This document shows, one piece after another, positions 51,126-64,000 of a stretch of DNA of 64,000 nucleotides. The stretch is taken from the NCBI GenBank assembly GCA_050084985.1, contig JBITNC010000001.1, positions 103,044,001-103,108,000 of the forward strand, read 5' to 3'. The DNA comes from Nageia nagi (taxonomy: Eukaryota > Plantae > Pinophyta). Position 1 is the first letter of the stretch; every line of letters starts with the position of its first letter. The translations under genes were made by a program, and so were the position numbers. Under the pieces are notes generated by a model that was given only the letters and a program-made list of their open reading frames with translations, made no database searches and was not told where the DNA came from.

Positions 51126-54100
51126 TATAATGACTCACCCAATTGCACTATTAAGACTCGAGTACCATTGAGGTCCTAATGAGATTCAATTTGAATTAAG
51201 CTAGATGATGATAAGTTTTGATTAATAATATGTTTTATTTATGTTGGTTTGATGCTAGTTTCAAGATGTTTTAGCACAAGTCATAGGTTAAACTAATATG
51301 AAAAGTGTGGAAAAGACCCAAGGAATCAAGGGTGAATTGGTGACAGGAATGGAAGGGTAAGAGTGAGAAAATTATTGACATTGGTTCATTGACAAACCCT
51401 AATGACCATTGTAGATCATGTAGTTGCATGGTAGAAAAATTAGCCATGAATATATGTTTATGGATGTGTATAGATTAACAATTATCTTGCAAATTGAGGT
51501 GACCATCATAGGTAATATGTGTGGTTGATTTCTTATTATGAATTTTTATAATTTATATTCAAAAAGGGAGGGCAAGGAATATTCTCTTTATTGGAATTCA
51601 AATTTTTACTTAGAGTTTTTAGTAAATTAAAGTGAAAATTAAAACAAGAAAAGTTAGAAAGGACTAAGGTCACCTTATGATGTTACAAAATATTTAATGG
51701 TTGATGAAAATAATTAAGTAATGACCCTATTTATTTTTGTTTCCTTGTGTTAGATATGGAAAATAGTTAGCACAACATTAGTAGTTAATAAAAAAGGTTC
51801 CAAGGTATTAACATACTTTTCAATCATCAATAACTTTAATCAAACCTACCTCAAAAATTATTGAATGCATGAGGAGATGTCCATTTGGACACACTTGAAC
51901 CTCCTTGGCTATAAATAGAAGGATGGAACATTAGAAAAAAAATACCTACCTATCTCTTATTATTTCATTCTTTTTATTTTTCAGCTTTGGGTAGAAAGTT
52001 ATGTCAAGAAAAGAAGTCTTTCTCCCTCTCCAAGTTTAGGTGCATTCTTTTGCATTTCTAAAATGTCTAGTTAAAGTAGTCCTATTTTGATGTTATTTAA
52101 TGAGTTGTATGAGAAGTATTATTTGATAAAATTTCATATAATTAATTTTTGATAGAGGTTTTGTACCATTTGAAGGGACATTAAATATATTTCTTGACAT
52201 GTTGCATGTGAAGGTTGGTACCTTATCTTTTCTTTAAAAAGTAATGGAGTGGGATCCTATTAGTTTTTTCCCTTTTTATTTAAATTGATGGGAAGTCTTG
52301 AGTACAAATATGTTATGTATTTTAATATATTGATGAGCTTAGTCAATTAATTCTCTTATGTTGGCTCTACTCCCTATTATATGTTTTTTCACATTTTACA
52401 TTACTTAAGATTCAAAGCCACATTAATTGATGTAAAACCATTTCAACTATTATTTGATAATACCCCTTACCTTTTTCGCATGTTTTCTCAATTGTATACA
52501 CTAGAAGAATGTTGGTAAAAGATTTAGAGTTTGAATTAGTCCTGAGCATCACCCCTTTTTAGATAACTCATTTTTGTGTGTATCTTGCCATCATTGTAAT
52601 CCATGGATCTACTTGCATCACACCTTTTGTCAAACAATTTATGATCTTAGTATATTCTCCCACATTTTGTATTCATAGTTATTTAGGTATTCTCAACCAC
52701 AATATATGATGTGAGACCATTTTCAACTACACCTTGATAGATATCCTTCTTTTCAAACTTCCATGATGGTATATGCTGGAAAAATGTTGATAGAGGTTTC
52801 AACGTTTGATGTTTACTCTTGCGTATTGCATTTGTCTTGAAATCTTCAATGCTTTGTCATATAACCCATTTTGTGTGTGACCTACTGTCATTTGTAATAT
52901 AGGATATTAGTTGTCAAATGATTCTCAAAGACCTATGTGATCCTTACATAATAAGCATTTGCAACCATAATAATAGATGATAAATCATTTCAACTACTCT
53001 TTGATGGTTCTCCATACATTCTTTGTGCACTTCTTCGATAGCACATCTTAGAATGCACTGATAAAGATCTCTAAGTTTGGTTTGATAGTAGCATTGTTTT
53101 TCTTTTATTTTCTACAAGAGTTGTATACACTTTTATGCTTTAGAAGATAATGCTATTTCATTCCACCTACATAGTCAAGTTGAATCATCATGCAATCCTT
53201 TAAGATCTCTATTGTATTTGATAAAATAGTTTCAAGAAACCATGATTTTTTTTTTTAATTTTGAAAATATCAAATTAGTCCAATGGTTTATCTTTTAAGA
53301 TAATATAGAATAATTAAAGCTTATTTTTAATAAATACACCTTCATCATAATAAAACTAATAAGGATGTTATTTGGTATTAAAATCATTAATATTTTGATA
53401 ATGTGATATGAATGAATTCATTTAAATAATGAGAGAATAGTTGTTAAAATAAAAAAAAATAAAAATTAATGAGAGAGTACATCTAGCTTATAGTCAATGA
53501 TTAAATTTTTCTTTTGATAATTGTATGATGAGATTAAGAACTAATGATATATATAGCATGATAAAATGGATAGAATAAGGTTCATATGTATCAATTTGCC
53601 TCCATATGGTGACCAAGGAAGGGAGGTAGGTCTAGAGAAGGTCAAAAACATCTTGAGGTCTGTAGGAATAGTTTGCATGATATTTTATATAATTCATATT
53701 GTATCATGGTCATATAAAGAAAATGGATTGTCCTAATCCTCAAACTCTTCACCTCCTTAGTACTCGACCCCATCTACCTTGACCCTTGGAAAGAAGCTCA
53801 ACAAAATATGATGAAGAATCAACAAAGATTTATTGAAGATCTATGGAGGTGTTTCCATAGCAAGGTAAAGATATCTTTATGAATAATTTATTTTGGCATG
53901 ACTTGTAAATAGGACCTAATTATGCTTTAATGAGCTTAAAATCCTATTTGTATCTTAAAATCATTTGTAATTATTGTTACTCCCTTGGTATTAACTTGTG
54001 TTTGTAATATTTAATAAAAACTAGTTTCATGAAATTTCATTAATGGATGGATGGTTTTAAGAGATTCTTAAGTTGAGACTCTATAGTTAATAATTAGATG

Positions 54101-55621
54101 TATCTTATTAATTCAATGTCTCTCTTTCTCTAAATTTGTTCGAAACATTGATGGATGCATGTTGTAATTAAATAGAGTTATACAATACTATCAAGTTTTC
54201 ATGACATCTAAACATAGTATGTGACTATAACATGATCATTTGATTTAATAGAAATAAAAAAATATTTTTGATCAAGTGTGTTTATAAAGATATCTAAATT
54301 TAGGAGATCGATAGGGTCATTAACCCTAATAAACCACAATGAATTGAAAAAGATCCCAACTTAGAATTATAGTTCCAAATTAAGGTTTGGAATAAATTAG
54401 GAAATGTTAGGGATCCTTGGGATCAAAATGGGAATGAATGGGATCAATTGGGAACTCATGGGATAGTTTGAAATCCTATTGGAACACTTGGAAATAATTG
54501 GATAGTAAAACAAAGAAAAAGGATTAACATGAAATGAAGGCTAAGAAAGAAAAACACTAAAGAATCAATTCGACCAAAAAGAAACTTTTGGAAGTATTTG
54601 ATACTAAATATGGTGTGAAATATTCATTAGTTGAACCATCCTTGCTAAATGACATTCCAAAAGAATATTGCTTGATGTATTGACCACTTTGCACCACACT
54701 CCCTTTATAGCATTAGCTAACTTTAGTGTCATCTCAAGGCACTTTACCAAATAATAGTATGAGAACTTTTATAAAGTGGTATAAATTACACATTACCATG
54801 AGTATGAGATATTTGTAAATCTACAGATGTTTTTTAGATTCTTAAATAAATTATTTTGAGCCTTCCTACATAGGATATGTTATCATTAGGATATGGGTGG
54901 TTTTTACTTTATAACTTTACTTAAAATTAATTAGAGTATACAAACCAATTGAGGGTATCATTTCAATACCCATGGATCCCCAATATATGGGCATGGGGAT
55001 GCTAAATTCCATGGTGAGCCTAGCTAATAGATATGGGCAAGCTAGTGTCTCATATACTTGATAGGGTGTCAGATGAGGATAGCAATTGATAAAACTATAG
55101 TTATTGAGTGAAGGTAATTTAGTAGTCATACTACTTCTAGTTAAGTACATACGAGTATAACATCTATTCCATAGGCAATGACATTTCTTGATCATAAAGA
55201 AGTTTGCCTAATATAAACTATCTAATTTTGTGAGTTAGAGGGTTATCATTGGGTGAGGATGTGTAACCTAGTGGATGTAAATTCTCTTAGGTGATATGGG
55301 CCCCGAATAGGAAACCACTACACCATGTCCAAAATATCTACTACACATTTCATGAAGTGGAAATAGTGGGTCACATTTAAGGCATCTCCTCAAGGGAATG
55401 AGCATTGTGGAGTGAAAACTAGAAGAGTTTTAATCAGGGATGGATAATTTGAAATTTGTCCAATTTTGCCATGTGGGTGATGGCTAGCTAGCAGCATTGA
55501 CAAGCTCATGTGGATCACTAAATCCATTACTATATCTTTTGAGTGTTTACATTAATTATAAAAAAATTAGGTTTGAAATTTAGGTTTTTGGATGTATAAA
55601 AAAAGAAGTGGATGTGTTACA
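51126..55621 (+). mobile_element. Large solo LTR (4.5 kb), family C copy 2, with PPR cargo
   Basis: TATAATGACTCACCC...GGATGTGTTACA; TSD AGAAT/ATAAT; long homology to 37130-41878. Confidence 0.88.
52420..53090 (-). pseudogene. Captured PPR fragment in family C copy 2
   Basis: Blocks such as ccattttcaactac...gatagat...ccatgatgg and atttcaactactctttgatgg are shared with 38865-39130. Confidence 0.75.
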
Positions 55622-58600
55622 ATAATTCTAATTTCAATAGGGGATATGGATAATGAGGGTTATATAGTTGCATTCAATAATAATTCTATGATAGTAGTAA
55701 AATAAAATATGGTTGGTACATTGTATTTGCTTATTGGTACATTTATTACTCTATGGATTTAACTTATAAAGGTTAGGATGCAACATTGTGGCATCATATG
55801 CTTGGGAACATGAGTGAGAAAGGGTTATAGATTATTCATTCAAGAAATTTATTACCAAACTTGAAGAATGTTAATTTGGGCTTTGTGAGCACTATGTATA
55901 TGAAAAAAAAGAGTTAGATTTCTCATAGCTAGGAAAGAATTAAAGTAGAGAGGTAAGTTATCACTTGTGCATATGAATGTATGGGGTAAAAATCATGTAT
56001 CTTCTCTTGGTGTCTCTTCTTATTATGTTACTTTCATAGATGATGCAACTAGAAAAAATTGGGTTTATTACATTCAAATAAAATATAATATATTTGATAG
56101 CTTTAAGAAATAGAAATCCTTGGTCAATAATGAGACATAAAAAAAGATAAAAGTATCTTAGATCTTATACTGAAGGTGATTTTCACAAGGAATTTAAAAG
56201 TTGTTGTTCATCAAATGATATCCAAAGAGTGAAGATAGTTCTAATAACATCATATATATAATGGTGTATTAGAAAGGATGAACATAATAGTCATGGAGCA
56301 TGCAAGGTCTATGAGATTGCATGTAGGGTTTCATTTACAATTTTGGGTTAATGTTGTTGATAATATTATTTACTTAATAAACAAAGGATCTTCAAGTGCA
56401 TTGGATGGTGGTATTCCAAAAGAGGCATGGATAGGTAAAACTATTAATTATTCATTTATAAAACCTTTTAGATATGAAGCTTTTATTCATGTTGATAAAG
56501 AAAATAAAAGAGGCTTGATAAAAATTTCAAGAAGCTTATTTTTATTATGGATTTGATGAATTAGGATACAGGTTTTGGGATCATAAAGACCATAAAATAA
56601 TTAGGATTAAATATGTGGTATTCAATGAAATAGCTATGTATAAAGATAGGTTGCAAGAAAAGAAAGAAGGAAAAAAAGAATCAAAGTACATAGTACTTGA
56701 TGAGATTACTAAAAAGTAAATACGAAAGGTACATGGAAATCTTCAACAATAAGAACTAAAAAATCCAGTAAGTGATGTTAGAAGATCTAAAAGGGTAAGT
56801 AGACCCCTTGATCGTTATTACCCCATACTTCATTATGTTTTGTATATTGATGCTAGTGAACAAAAAATATTTTAGGAAGTAATGTAGGTTAAAAATAGGA
56901 TAAAGCAAAAGCAAGGCATGGATGAGGATATTAAATCCATGTTACAAAACCAAACTTTGAATTTGGTTAATTTTTCTATAAGAAATATAACATTACAAAA
57001 CAAATGGGTATATAGGGTGAAGGAGGAATTTGGAGGAAATAATTAGTACAAGGCTAGAATTATGGTAAAGGGATTTGCACAAAAGAAAGGTATTGATTTT
57101 GAAGAAATATTTTCTCTTGTTATTAAAATAAATTCAATTTGAACTATCATAAGTATAGTAGAAATAGAAGATTTAAATCTTGAACAATTAGATGTAAAGA
57201 TATTTTTTCTCCATGTTGATTTGGAAGAGGAGATCTACATGGATCAACCAAAAGGTTATGAAGTAAAGGGTAAGGAGAAATTTGTATGTAGGTTGAAGAA
57301 GATCTTGTATGGCCTCAAGAAAGCTCCAAGGAAACGGTATTTGAAATTTGATAGTCTTATGATGGAATAAGGTTATATGAGATATCATTTAGACCATTGT
57401 GTTTACTTCAATAAACTATATAATGATGGCTATATTATCTTATTATTGTATGTAGATGATATGCTTGTTGTAGGGCCCAACATGTAGGATATAAATGTAA
57501 TAGAAAAGAAGTTGGAAAATTCTTTTACAATGAAGGATTTGGGTAAAGCAAAAAACATTCTTGGCATGAGAATTAATAGAGATTGGAAAAATCACAAGTT
57601 ATTGTTATCTCAAAGGGAGTATATTGAGAAGGTGTTGAAAAGGTTCAATATGAAGGATGCAAAACTTGTAATTACACCTTTGGTCAAACATTTCAAACTA
57701 AGGACATTTATACCAAGGCATAACCAAAAATAGACCACATGGCTAAAGTTCCTTATTCATTTATAGTTGGTAGTTTGACATATGCAATGGTTTATACAAG
57801 ACCAAATATTTCCCATGCAGTGGGAGTTGTAAGAAGGTTTATGAATAATCTAGGTAAACAACATTGGGAAGTAGCGAAGTGTATTCTCAGGTATTTGAGA
57901 GTTACAAGTACTCATGATTTATATTTTCATAGTTCCAACACTAATTTACAAGGATATACTAATTTATATATGGAAGGAGATATTGATAGTGTGATTAGAA
58001 CCATTTGTTATGTTTTCACTATTGGAAAAATAACAATGAGATGGATTTTAAAGCTACAAGTTGTTGGAATTTCAACAAAATTGGAGGAGTATGTTGCTAT
58101 TAAAATACCTAGCAAGGAAATAATTTAGTTATAAACATTGATGAAGGAATTGGAAAAAGAGTTGAAGAACAACATATTATGAAATAATAGTTAAAGTTAT
58201 TCATCTTACAAAGACCTTAGTATTTCATTCAAGAATGAAGAATATATAGTTTAGTTACCATTTCATAGGATCAATATTGGAAGATGGATAATTGAATATG
58301 GGAAAGATATATACTAACCATAATCTTGTAAATATGTTGATAAAGGTAGTAACCAAGGATAATTTGAGTTTTAAATCATGAGGATAAAAGGTGAGAACTA
58401 TTAAATTCAAATACAAAGGAGTTTTAATAGATAAATATCTAAATGAAAGATTCAATTTTGGAGCTTGATTATTTGGCTAACGGTAAAAAATAACTCTTTG
58501 TTTCATAATCAATATATATAGTTCTGACCAGTAGAAATATTTGATTGGTTAGTGAATGATTAAGCTTGATCAATCGATCAATCAATAATTATTGGCCTAA

Positions 58601-58970
58601 TGATGACCAATCCAAAAAAACCAAGTCAATCTAATGGTGATCGATCACAAACCAAAGGCAAAAAGCATCTAGATTTATTTCTCAAACTTAACCTTTGGTA
58701 AATTTAGGCTTCGTATTTGATGGTAACAAGTAATGAAATTTTTCTATATAAATGTAAATCCTCTAATAGAGAGGTAAAATAAGAGAAATGGAAGAGTTCA
58801 TAGAAATAATTGTAAGAGAGATTATTTGAGATATTGTATTAAAATATTGTAAATTTAGAGAGTAAATTACAATGATGTGGTTGTAGGTTTGTTCCCTTCA
58901 TGGCTTAGACTGATATAACATCCATGATTCAGTATTTTTCCATATATGTAGACCACATTGGATGAACCCC

Positions 58971-58972
<2 letters not shown>

Positions 58973-59027
<55 letters not shown>
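58973..59027. repeat. (TA)n microsatellite
   Basis: Seen directly, at the junction of two Copia LTRs. Confidence 0.95.
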
Positions 59028-61394
59028 TTCCTCTTATCTTTAGAAGGAGATGAATCCTTTTGCACCCAAGATCACCTTGGAGTAATCATCATATTTTAAA
59101 ATAAAACTCAAGAATAATATTAATAATACAATATCATACACACACGAGTGAAAAATATATATAGTGGTTCCTCTTAACAAGAGAGTAATCCATTCTAATC
59201 TAAATCTTATTAATTCTCAAAAGCACACTCTTATAATGCAACACTAGCACTCTTTCCTTCTATCCTTCTACACACCAAGAGCATTACAATGCTTTCTACA
59301 AGAGTGAAGAATGCTTGAGGGAGGCCCTTAATTTATAGGAAAAAGTACCACTTTGACTGATCCTTTTACCCAAGGGGAACACCAAATACCTAAGGATAAA
59401 AAGATTCTCAAGTGGGATGAGTATAGGATAAGTTTTAATATTTAATTCACTAAATACTTAAAATGTATTTAGGAATACTTTTAAGTATTTAGTGGATTAA
59501 ATAAATATTTACAGAGAAGAGATATTATTATTTAGATACCTTTTAAATAATAATTTATACAATAGTATATTATTTACTTCCCCTTAATGCAATATTGGGG
59601 TAGAGAGAAAAGAAGATAGAAAGAGAGTGTAAGAGAGTTCTTCTCCATATGAAATACAATCAGAGATGAAAACATGACATATCAAGAAGTGGTAAGATCT
59701 AGACACAGCTCAACTACATAACTATTTGAACAAATGGTTTACAATACAATTATAAACCATAAATAGTTTCAATGTACAAATTGTAGTTATTCAATAACAT
59801 GTTGATATGATAAGCCTCCATGAGCCTACATACCTAAAGTAAGTAACCTACAATATCTAGAAGAAACTTGCAAGATACAAAAAACTCATAAACTTGATCA
59901 ATTAGATGCATCATATATACATTCATATCAATATAAGATAAATTAATCAAATAATGCCATCTATAAATTGATCAAATAGTGCACTATAATTCTTCACAAA
60001 GATGTCAAAAAAACCTATAATCACCTATTGTATAAAAAAATGTGTTAATCATAATAGAACATATGAAAACTTATGTTTGAAATATGCACATACTAGTTTC
60101 TCATATATGGAAAACTAAATAGTGCTTATAATATTTTATTATATTATCTTAAAGTCTAAAAAAAAATTTCTTTACACATGGAGAACTAAGTATAAAAGTG
60201 TACACTCAAAAATGAAGTAAAGTGCATAAAAAGTTCCTCACATGGAGAATTAAGTATAAAAGTGTACACAGAAAGATGAAGTAAAGTGCATAAAAAAGTT
60301 CCTCACACATGGAGAACTATGTATAAAAGTGTACACACATATGAAGTAAAGTGTACAAACAAGTTCCTCATACATGGAGAACTAAGTATAGTAGTGAACA
60401 TATAAAGATCAACACTATCCAATAAAAAATCTTCTAAGAGATGAAGTTATCATCACAAACATGAATTCAAAAAGAATTCAAACTTTACTCCTCTTGAGGA
60501 AAAATTCATCAATTCAATAGACTCTATAATATTGCAAAAATGAGCTTATGATAAAAGTTGGGTGAATAAATCAACAGAGTTAAAGCTAGATGGAAAATAC
60601 TAAAGTTGCAAAGTGCCATCTAGAAATTTATACCTGATAAACTGAGCTTGGATTTTAACATGTTTTATTATATGATAGTAAATATGATTCTTAACTAAAG
60701 CATTGGTTGATTAATTATTTAAGGAAATATAAGTAATAATTTACTATTCAAACCCAATTTCCTTCAGAATATTCCTGAGCCAAATAACATCCAAGGTTGC
60801 AACTATCATAGCTCTATATTATGCCATTGCCTCTATGGTAGATAGAGTGATGATAGGATGCTTTTTGTAATATCAATAGATAACACCTAAACCAATGCTG
60901 AACACATAAGCATAATTGAATTTCTTATCATATTGCTCAACCCCATAGTTAGAATATGAGAATCCTAAAAGAACAAAGGAAGGTAACTTGGTTAATTTGA
61001 AATTAATATCCTTAGTGCTTACAATATACTTTAAGATCTTCTTAGCTATAGGAAAATGATCAACATAATATTTTTGCATAAACCTTGCCATTAGATTAGT
61101 TGTATAGGCATTATCTAACCAGAATATACTTATATAAAGAAGAATGTTAATAAACTATCTGTATGTTCTAGAATCTACCAACTAGGAGTTAGAATCAATC
61201 TCTAGCTTGATTCTTGGAGATATTAGGATAGCCAAAGGTTTGCACTCATCCATTTCAAAATTTTATAAAATATTTGAGATGTATTTGGATTGATTAAGGT
61301 AGGTAAAATCCTTATATTGATACACTTGCATACCAAGGTAGTAATATAAGATACTAAGATTAATCATCTCATATTCTAACTTAAGCTTGGATAC
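59028..61394 (-). mobile_element. Second Ty1/Copia element, 3' part (RT/RNase H, 3' UTR, PPT, 3' LTR ~59028-59576)
   Basis: RT/RH remnants 60540-61394 (ARFMQK...AKKILKYI; KHVKIQAQFIR; DLFTQ); PPT AAGGGGAAG (rc of ~59577-59585). Cut by family C copy 3. Confidence 0.8.
60174..60400. repeat. ~65-bp tandem repeat (3.5 copies) in the Copia 3' UTR
   Basis: acatggagaactaagtataaaagtgtacac...atgaagtaaagtgcataaaaagttcctc units at ~60176, 60240, 60307 and 60372. Confidence 0.9.
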
Positions 61395-64000
61395 TGTAAC
61401 AACCCACCCAATTGCATTTTTTTAAAACTTGAATACCATCGATAATTTGAATGTGATGAAGATTATTTATGTTATGAAATGAGTAATTATGAGTGTATAT
61501 ATGTATTATTTATATCGATTTGATACTAGCTTTGAGATTTTATGACACATGTTATAGGTTGACTCAAGATGGGAAGTCAAGTTAGAGACCCAAGGCACCA
61601 AGGATGAGTTGGTTATGAGAATAAATTGGTAAGAGTGAGAAAATGATTGGTGTTGATTTTCTTCCATCCATGATGAACTTCATAGATTATATAGATGCAT
61701 ATCACAATTATTACACATAATATTTGATTTCGATATTATATGTTTATGTGTACACTAATAAGTTTACCTTGCAGGATGAAGTGGTCACCACAAGTAAATA
61801 TGCATGTTAAAATATGATATGCATGATTAATTTTGAATGATACAAGGAATATCCCAATTATTTGAATTTGAATTTTTCACCTAAAAATCTTAGTAAATTT
61901 GGATGAAAATAAAATTTAGGGTTAAAAGGATTATTTATCATGTTTTAAAGGTTACAAGGTTATTTTGGGATTTTGTGAAAATAATGGAGAAAGGATACCC
62001 ACACAATTTGTTTCCTTATGTTAGGTGCGTAAAATAATTGGAGATATTTTGTAACCTAATATAAAGGGTCCAAATTATTTTGTATAATGAAATACTTGCA
62101 AACAAAATTATTTGAGACCTACCACAAAAAAATAAAATGCCTACACCTTCCAAACAAAACAATGTGAGATGGATGACTAGACATATTTTTTGGATATATT
62201 ATAGCAACCCTTGGCTATAAATACTTGGGAACCCTAAAGAAAAAGATCATCTTTCACTTTAGTGTGCTTTGGGTCCCGTAAAACAAGGAGTCCATCTTTT
62301 CGTCCATAGCTCATATGCATTTCTAGCAATTTAACCCTAATACTAAAAGCTTAGTAAAAAATCTTAATTTTTTTTGAATATTTTTAGATTATCTAAAGAT
62401 ATGAAGTGTTTATGTATAAATTAATAAGGTTTTGGACTATTTTAATTTTACATTAAGTAAGAGAAATAGTAATAAGAGTACGCATGTTATTTAAAATTTC
62501 TTGTTTATCTTGAAGTAACCTTCATGCTTTGTATCTGAAATCATTCCCATCTAAATTTAGATCATAGATCTGAACTAGACGACTGATGTTAGAGAGAACC
62601 TTCCTATAACATTTCAGAAATAATATATCAATCCTAGAGGCCCATGCAAAAACTAGAATGAAGGTCATTTATTTGAATAACTACTCGCTACTCCTTGAAA
62701 AATGGATCTGCGCAACACATATTCTACTTCCATCGTGCGAGGCCCCTTGTTTAACCATATAGTTTAGAAAGTTATTTCGTTGGCTCATACGCATGACTCT
62801 GGTACGTGAGACATAGTTATCACTTAATCCTCTATCGTATGTCTTGAGGTAAAGCTTTTCGAAGCAACATTAGGAAGTCTGAATCATGGCCAAAGCAAGA
62901 TAGTCACTCCACAATGTGACATACAATAATATGGATGTAGTGTTATAGTTGAGCACGCTATCTAATGTAAAATGAATATCTTGGTTGGTATTTTTTCTTG
63001 GCGAGCGCATTATGCCATAGTACTAAGGCTATAAGAATGGAAGGTAAATAGCTCTAAAAATTTATTTAAGCATATTCCGAAGTGGGATTAAATTATTTAG
63101 AATAAATTTTTACCATGAGTTTTGTTGAGATAGAATGAAAAGATTATTGAGGACTAAACTATGTTGAGATGCTTTTTTACGGATTTATGAAACACTATTA
63201 GGGATGAACTATAGTAGAGTATGGTTTACACGATAGCATTAAGGGTAAACAATGTTAAATTAATGATTAACACTATTTTAAGGATAAACCTTGTGGATCA
63301 ATGAAGTTAATACTACTATTTGAGGAGAAAACCATTTGTAATTATTTATTTGATTAATAGTACTAGTTTGAATGGAAATCTATGCTAAAGGTTGTGTATG
63401 ATTAATTAATTGCACTATCTTAAGATGAGTTGGATGCATGTGATCAATTAAATTGTGATTTTACCCCAAGACCAAGGAAGGGAGGTAGTTCTAGAGAGAA
63501 CATAAAACCTCCTGAGGTCCATAGATAGGATATTTAAATTGTTGAAATGAATTATGATGCATTTAGAATAATATGCATTTTGGTCAAGAAAAATTAGTTG
63601 TCTTGATCCTCAATACTCATAAACCTTTCTTAGTATCCATATCCAATGGACCTTGGATCCTTGGAGGAGCATGAAAGTGAGGAGAACAAGTAGCTACACC
63701 AAGAGGACATATATGTATTGAAGACCTTTTAGATTAAACCTTGACAAAGCTATTATGTAAATACTCTTATTAATTGTAAGGGAACCCTCTTGTAATTAAA
63801 TGTTCCATATATTGTAATATATAAATAGGGTTACCCTAACTCATTGTAATTTAGTGCCACGAGGTAATAATTTGGACATGGAATGATACCATTACATATT
63901 AATGTTTGAAATTTGATGTAATTAAAAGAGAGTTCTCATAGTATCCATATGTAACTTATTAATGATAATTCAAAACATGTATTTGACATATCTCATCCTA
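61395..64000 (+). mobile_element. Family C LTR copy 3 (runs off window), non-PPR cargo
   Basis: Starts TGTAACAACCCACCCAATTGC. Shares blocks with copies 1 and 2 (ggtaagagtgag, GGCTATAAATA ~62215, accaaggaagggaggtag ~63470). Confidence 0.85.

Larger units (their letters stand above)
50071..58380 (+). pseudogene. Copia gag-pol pseudogene (split by 51126-55621)
   Basis: FRVEQFNG...MEDYMYQKDL (gag), LWHHMLGNMSEKGL, LVHMNVWG (INT), KARIMVKGFAQKKGIDF, LLYVDDML (RT), then RNase H; INT precedes RT. Confidence 0.92.
49381..58972 (+). mobile_element. Ty1/Copia retrotransposon (Tnt1/Tork-like), decayed and interrupted
   Basis: 5' LTR ~49381-50005; decayed Met PBS TAGTATTAAAGC at 50008. 3' LTR from ~58451, truncated at the (TA)n tract. 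Confidence 0.88.

Overview
Plant nuclear DNA made almost entirely of nested, decayed transposons. The TE types, large LTRs and very long intron point to a large-genome gymnosperm (inference). The only host gene seen is the last two coding exons (19334-19542, +) of an At5g53800-like 'nucleic acid-binding protein', so bases 1-19333 are probably one intron of at least 19 kb. TSDs allow most of the nesting to be reconstructed. (1) In the intron, a LINE is split by a TGTT...AACA unit (A, 2292-17799, TSD TCGAG). A contains a homologous unit (B, 10322-16835) and two inverted 1.2-kb solo LTRs. A and B each run about 6.5 kb without nested inserts, lack gag/pol, and carry an array of ~55-bp palindromic repeats, a TATA box and one long decayed ORF of the same unrecognised family. 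They look like giant protein-coding solo LTRs and are the main candidate for a novel system. (2) A hAT element (22084-45165, 8-bp TSD) is split by a Sola2-like transposase gene. That gene is itself split by a pol-less Ogre/Tat-like element with an antisense PMD gene and by a 4.7-kb solo LTR carrying captured PPR sequence. (3) Two Copia elements are each interrupted by further copies of the 4.5-4.7-kb LTR; the third copy holds different cargo in the same slot. All calls are from reading the sequence by eye; no searches were run.
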